Virus record (IMG/VR): IMGVR_UViG_3300044557_000281
Location: 1 to 64,000 of that record
Length of the DNA: 64,000 bases
Strand: one strand, 5' to 3'
Source: a virus
Lineage: Duplodnaviria > Caudoviricetes
Shown: positions 60,326 to 64,000 of the stretch, piece by piece
Layout of the letters: every line of letters begins with the position of its first letter
How positions within the stretch are numbered: position 1 is the stretch's first letter
The notes under the pieces: generated by a model
Seen by the model: the letters and a program-made list of their open reading frames with translations, nothing else
Databases searched by the model: none
Told to the model about the DNA's origin: nothing
Program-made: the position numbers and the translations under genes

Positions 60326-61300
60326 GTATTGCCTCTAAATGCAAGTTTCCCTACATTCTTACAGTACGTCTACGGGCTATCATCCACACGGTTTTAACCG
60401 TGTGGGTTTTCTCGCCCGCAAATTCTATAAGTGGTCTGGTACACCGCAAGCGGTTAAGACTCTTCTTAAAGTTTCGTTCACTGTAGAATTAACTGGGTTA
60501 CGGTCTGTGGCTACAAAGTAAGGGGCATGTGGTTGAATTGTGTCATAGATGCTTCGCCACTGCTCAAATTTAGCTAAGAGAGTTAACCAATCTTGGTCAA
60601 TTACAATCGTTCGTACACTAGATAAGTTCTTGGTTGGGGCATAATCTTTGGTATATTTATAATCCCAAGTCTTATCAATTCGGATTGTATTATTGTTGAT
60701 TGAATCCTGATTTAGTCCTAGAATTTCAGATAAACGAGCACCAGTCTTTAGGGCTGTGTAAATAGGGAACATATAATACTGGATAGCGGTTTCTCTAGCC
60801 CTCGGTTTCCCTTGGGTATTAAAAGAAACTGGTTCCTTGGTTAAGAATGTGTTTAACCATGCTTCTGTATAAGAGACCACTCTAGTGTACTCATCTACCT
60901 CTAACTATTTCTTGGCATTTCGCTCATTAGACAGTTCTAAGATAGTCATTTGGTCGTCCTTACTGGTTAGAGTGATACGTTTATAAGGGCTTACTGGGAT
61001 ATAATTATCAATTACTGCGTCCGATAAGCATGATTTTATGTAGTTACTTTCTGTTTTTACTGTTCGTTTACGGTGGGTTAGCCCGTAGTCTTGCATATAC
61101 TGCTGAATATCTTTACGAGTAATTTTAGTGAGTTGTAGTTGCCCTAGATTAGATTTAGCTAATCGGTCTCCTGTAATCGTGTATTTTTCTAAGGTTGCTA
61201 ATCCTACATTAGGTTTCTTGTATAAGTTTACCCACTCGTTATACCACTCTGTCATTTTCATGTTATTTATTCTCTCCTTCTTTGTTTTAAGTACAAGCGT

Positions 61301-61329
61301 AGTATAACAGTATTTATTAGTGTTGTCAA
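61301..61329 (-). promoter_or_regulatory. SigA promoter of the recombinase
   Basis: TTGACA-17-TATACT. Confidence 0.75.
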
Positions 61330-61413
61330 TACTAATGTTAGAGTAAAATAAAATGATTAGTTGTGTGAACTAATCATTCTATTCTTCATGCTATTTAAAC
61401 AACAAATTTCGTT

Positions 61414-61878
61414 GTTGTAAAACGAGAGGAACTAACGGGAACTGATGTACAGCAACGTGTGGAAACGACTATTTACGTAAGAAATAGAATCATTGCTAAA
61501 TCAATTGTTAAAAACACTTATATTAATCCGGCAAACGGAAATGAAGATTACCAAGAGGGGAATGCTGTATTCACTACAGCACCCATCGCAATTGCCGTCA
61601 AAGAAGTTTCGATAGCAAAATATGAAAAAACTACATATGGAAACATTGCTATGAGTTTTTATAAAGCTATTCCACCGTCTGGTTTTGTGAATACTCTTGT
61701 TGTTACCACAGATGGAGAAACCAAGGAATCTATGTCGTTTACAATTGATGAGAGTATTAATTATATCCGCTTTAGTCCTGATGCAAATAACGGCGACTAT
61801 AATTTTAAATTCAAACTAGTATCTGGAACTGAAATAGGCGGAAGAACACTAGCTCCAGAGGACATCTTAGCTAGCTAG
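61414..61878 (+). CDS. Silent alternative C-terminal cassette (CBM-like) for gene 61867-62472
   Basis: Open from the repeat: VVKREELTGTDVQQRVETTIYVRNR...KLVSG...APEDILAS; no convincing own start. Confidence 0.75.
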   Translation, partial: VVKREELTGTDVQQRVETTIYVRNRIIAKSIVKNTYINPANGNEDYQEGNAVFTTAPIAIAVKEVSIAKYEKTTYGNIAMSFYKAIPPSGFVNTLVVTTDGETKESMSFTIDESINYIRFSPDANNGDYNFKFKLVSGTEIGGRTLAPEDILAS

Positions 61879-62355
61879 TATACTTTCAGCTGGAATGGTC
61901 CAAATGTATGAATCTTCCGAACTACCTTTTCTTAAAGAAAGCTTGCGTGCCTGACAGATAACTGGTAGATTGCCATCATTTTGGGTAATCATGACCAGAC
62001 CGAGGGTCGTAGAATTTTCGGTTGTCAGTACTGTCGCGGTTGTGATACCCTTGCTTCCATTTTTCACTTCTTGATTGCTTCCCCAATCTGCAACTGTGCC
62101 ATCAGAAAGATGGGACTGTAATTGTACACTTAAAGGCAATGTGTTAGAAGGCGCGGTATTATCAATTTCTATGCTTGCCGTATAATTTTCGTTAGATTGA
62201 ACATTGAGTAGTTCAATCTCCCCATTGTTCCAACCAGTAAATTTATATTCAACCCATTTTGAGGTACTAAGTAAACTAGTTAAATTGCGACTATACACCA
62301 CTACCCCCTCACGCTCAACGGCACCACTAGTAGCTACAACATCTCGTTTTACAAC
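61414..62355. other. Putative invertible segment bounded by GTTGTAAAACGAGA inverted repeats (61414-61427; 62342-62355)
   Basis: Both repeats read GTT GTA AAA CGA GA (VVKR) in frame with two alternative convergent C-terminal domains. Confidence 0.85.
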
Positions 62356-62472
62356 GTCTAACGGTTTCACTGTTAACGCGCCTGTATCGTCCTTCACACA
62401 TTGGAACCACACATAGTCAGAGGCGGTGTCTGTTGGTTGCACTTTATATAAATGTCCTTCGATTAATTTCAT
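61867..62472 (-). CDS. Putative virion surface protein with CBM-like C-terminal domain (expressed phase)
   Basis: VVKRD..VYSRNL..KLSLRKG..WTIPAESILAS. Confidence 0.65.
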   Translation of the reverse strand: MKLIEGHLYKVQPTDTASDYVWFQCVKDDTGALTVKPLDVVKRDVVATSGAVEREGVVVYSRNLTSLLSTSKWVEYKFTGWNNGEIELLNVQSNENYTASIEIDNTAPSNTLPLSVQLQSHLSDGTVADWGSNQEVKNGSKGITTATVLTTENSTTLGLVMITQNDGNLPVICQARKLSLRKGSSEDSYIWTIPAESILAS

Positions 62473-63398
62473 GCGGTTACTCCTTTTACCATAGTAAGAA
62501 AGTCAGTTTGAGATAACGAGTGAACAACACTATCCGTATCACTTGCCACACCGTCCACTGTTATATTAAGACTTTGTTTACTAATGATTTCTGTATTTTC
62601 ATAAATGTCTTTTGGTGCATAAGTAAAAGTAATTAAGTCTGTAGTAGCCCCTTTAATCACTTTGTGTTTGTTGCTATATTTTCCACTATCTGCGTCCATA
62701 GTCACAATAAGACTAGCTGTTCTATCGGGGGCAGTGAAGCTGAAGTTCCCTCCGGCTACTGTGGTTGTATTTTTATCTTGTTTTAACATGGTGCCACCGT
62801 CACCATACCATGTGAAGCTCACATTGCCCGTCCCAGCCGGTAGAATGCAACTATAGACCATCCCACTACTGGCTTTAATAGAACCGGTTACAAAGGAAGC
62901 TGTGGCGTCTACGATAGCGCCTGTAGCGTCCACACTCTTTAACGGTGTCACACCACCGGTCACAATTAAGTTTTTACTGTACACGGTTTTACCGTCACTG
63001 GATTGGATTAAATCTACTGGTGTCACTTGTCCGTACACACTTACATAATACACAAACTTACTAACGGTATCTGCCGGTTGTACAGCATACAATAAACCGT
63101 CTGTAGCAAAGAAGCTATCGGCATTGTTTATGTGGGTCATAAAGTCGGTCTGACTAATGGAAATAGTCTCATACTTCCCATTGCTTACTACACCGTCTAC
63201 TGTAATGAAATAATCAGTCAGTATAGGTAAAGCAGTAAATCCCGGTACGTATTGTTTTAAGCCGTCACTCGTTCGTTTAACATAGTAACTATTAGGTGGT
63301 ACAACTTGCCTACTCAATAAACCAGAAATTACTAGTGAAGTTTTATCCCCACTAGTAATTAGTTTATTGGCAGAATCGTATAATTCGTATTTAGCCAA
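62469..63398 (-). CDS. Putative virion/tail accessory protein with CBM-like domain
   Basis: VYSKNL..KVIKG..FTYAPKD; YAVQPADT module shared with 61867-62472. Confidence 0.6.
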   Translation of the reverse strand: MAKYELYDSANKLITSGDKTSLVISGLLSRQVVPPNSYYVKRTSDGLKQYVPGFTALPILTDYFITVDGVVSNGKYETISISQTDFMTHINNADSFFATDGLLYAVQPADTVSKFVYYVSVYGQVTPVDLIQSSDGKTVYSKNLIVTGGVTPLKSVDATGAIVDATASFVTGSIKASSGMVYSCILPAGTGNVSFTWYGDGGTMLKQDKNTTTVAGGNFSFTAPDRTASLIVTMDADSGKYSNKHKVIKGATTDLITFTYAPKDIYENTEIISKQSLNITVDGVASDTDSVVHSLSQTDFLTMVKGVTA

Positions 63399-63416
63399 TT
63401 GTTATTGTCCTTTCTA

Positions 63417-63884
63417 TCATTCTATTGGAAATATATCGTTATAAGCCGGTGTCCATACTATAGTGGCTGAATCATCACCAGTAGTTGGGATATACAGCTT
63501 ATAACCTGATTGTGGGTCTAATTCTGGTAAGGTAATCTTGCCGTTAGTGTCAGTCATAATTGTTCCGATTAACTCTTGTCGTTGCTCATACTGCCCATAT
63601 GAATCCTCATCAGTCGGTGCCACTACTTCATAAGAGTAATAACGGACTAAATCATAATTCGTATCAGCCAGTAGAACATCTGGCGTACCTGATTTAGGTA
63701 GCCAGTTTCTACGATAGTTGTTAACCTCCCCTGTCTCTAATACAAGATTTATCTTTTTAATGGGTTTATCGTCCACAAGCAATAAATCGTCTACGTCATA
63801 AATGTAAGGGAGTGAGTGCAAACCTTGCGCTTTATATATGTTATAGTTGGTTAGATTGCATGGCTGAATTGTGTATTTTGTCAT
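63417..63884 (-). CDS. Putative virion/tail accessory protein
   Basis: YRRNWL..WTPAYND. Confidence 0.55.
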   Translation of the reverse strand: MTKYTIQPCNLTNYNIYKAQGLHSLPYIYDVDDLLLVDDKPIKKINLVLETGEVNNYRRNWLPKSGTPDVLLADTNYDLVRYYSYEVVAPTDEDSYGQYEQRQELIGTIMTDTNGKITLPELDPQSGYKLYIPTTGDDSATIVWTPAYNDIFPIE

Positions 63885-64000
63885 ACTTCTAAACCGTTCC
63901 CTTCACTTGCTACTGTCGTATCAACCATTGCTAAAAAGTCTGCTTGTGAAACTGTCTCTACGTCATAGTCCCCTGTTTCTACTACACCATCTCTAGTAAT

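Larger units (their letters stand above)
56823..60426 (-). mobile_element. IS605-end-flanked cargo element (3604 bp)
   Basis: Left end AGAATT + hairpin CCACACGGTTAAAACCGTGTGG after TTAT; right end with tnpB tail, omegaRNA, hairpin and TCAG; phage genes inside. Confidence 0.8.
54764..61261 (-). pseudogene. Tyrosine recombinase (candidate invertase) in three pieces: 61261-60427, 56822-56781, 54897-54764; in-frame TAG at 60907-60905
   Basis: Pieces sum to 1011 nt (337 codons); R (TGARLSE), K, HKLRH, LGH and Y (RVYGH) all present after rejoining. Confidence 0.88.

Noticed and set aside
56823-60426. IStron (group I intron-IS fusion)
   Set aside because: The intron's terminal G lies inside the cargo, followed by an nrdD exon, so splicing could not remove the element or restore the recombinase
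60339-60521. Plus-strand ORF across the left end of the cargo element
   Set aside because: Spans an IS junction antisense to the recombinase; chance ORF
60905-60907. Amber read-through or alternative genetic code rescuing the recombinase
   Set aside because: TAG ends normal genes here (thyA, nrdG) and I found no CUA-anticodon tRNA; it reads as a nonsense mutation

Overview
A 64-kb segment of a large Herelleviridae-like (Twort/K/SPO1-type) phage genome, probably from an Enterococcus-type host; host assignment rests on a recalled resemblance of one IS605 to ISEfa4. Left to right: an HTH gene beside a ~600-bp iteron-like repeat array; terL split by six group I introns (spliced 608 aa); a tRNA cluster; dfr and thyA; nrdD split by five group I introns (spliced ~718 aa); nrdG; an IS-interrupted RNA-ligase pseudogene; a putative early/terminal-repeat region (~25-33 kb); a temperate-phage-like block rich in DNA methyltransferases; and conserved Herelleviridae middle genes. 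The right end holds the best candidate for a new system. A ~940-bp segment (61414-62355) is bounded by 14-bp inverted repeats in the same codon phase, so inversion would swap the C-terminal carbohydrate-binding-like domain of a putative virion protein. Next to it lies a tyrosine recombinase that I reassembled from three pieces. It is inactivated by an amber codon, a complete IS605, and a 3.6-kb IS-end-flanked element carrying captured phage genes, including a second nrdD tail with a LAGLIDADG intron. All splice sites and junctions were read by hand; family assignments come from motif recall, not database searches.
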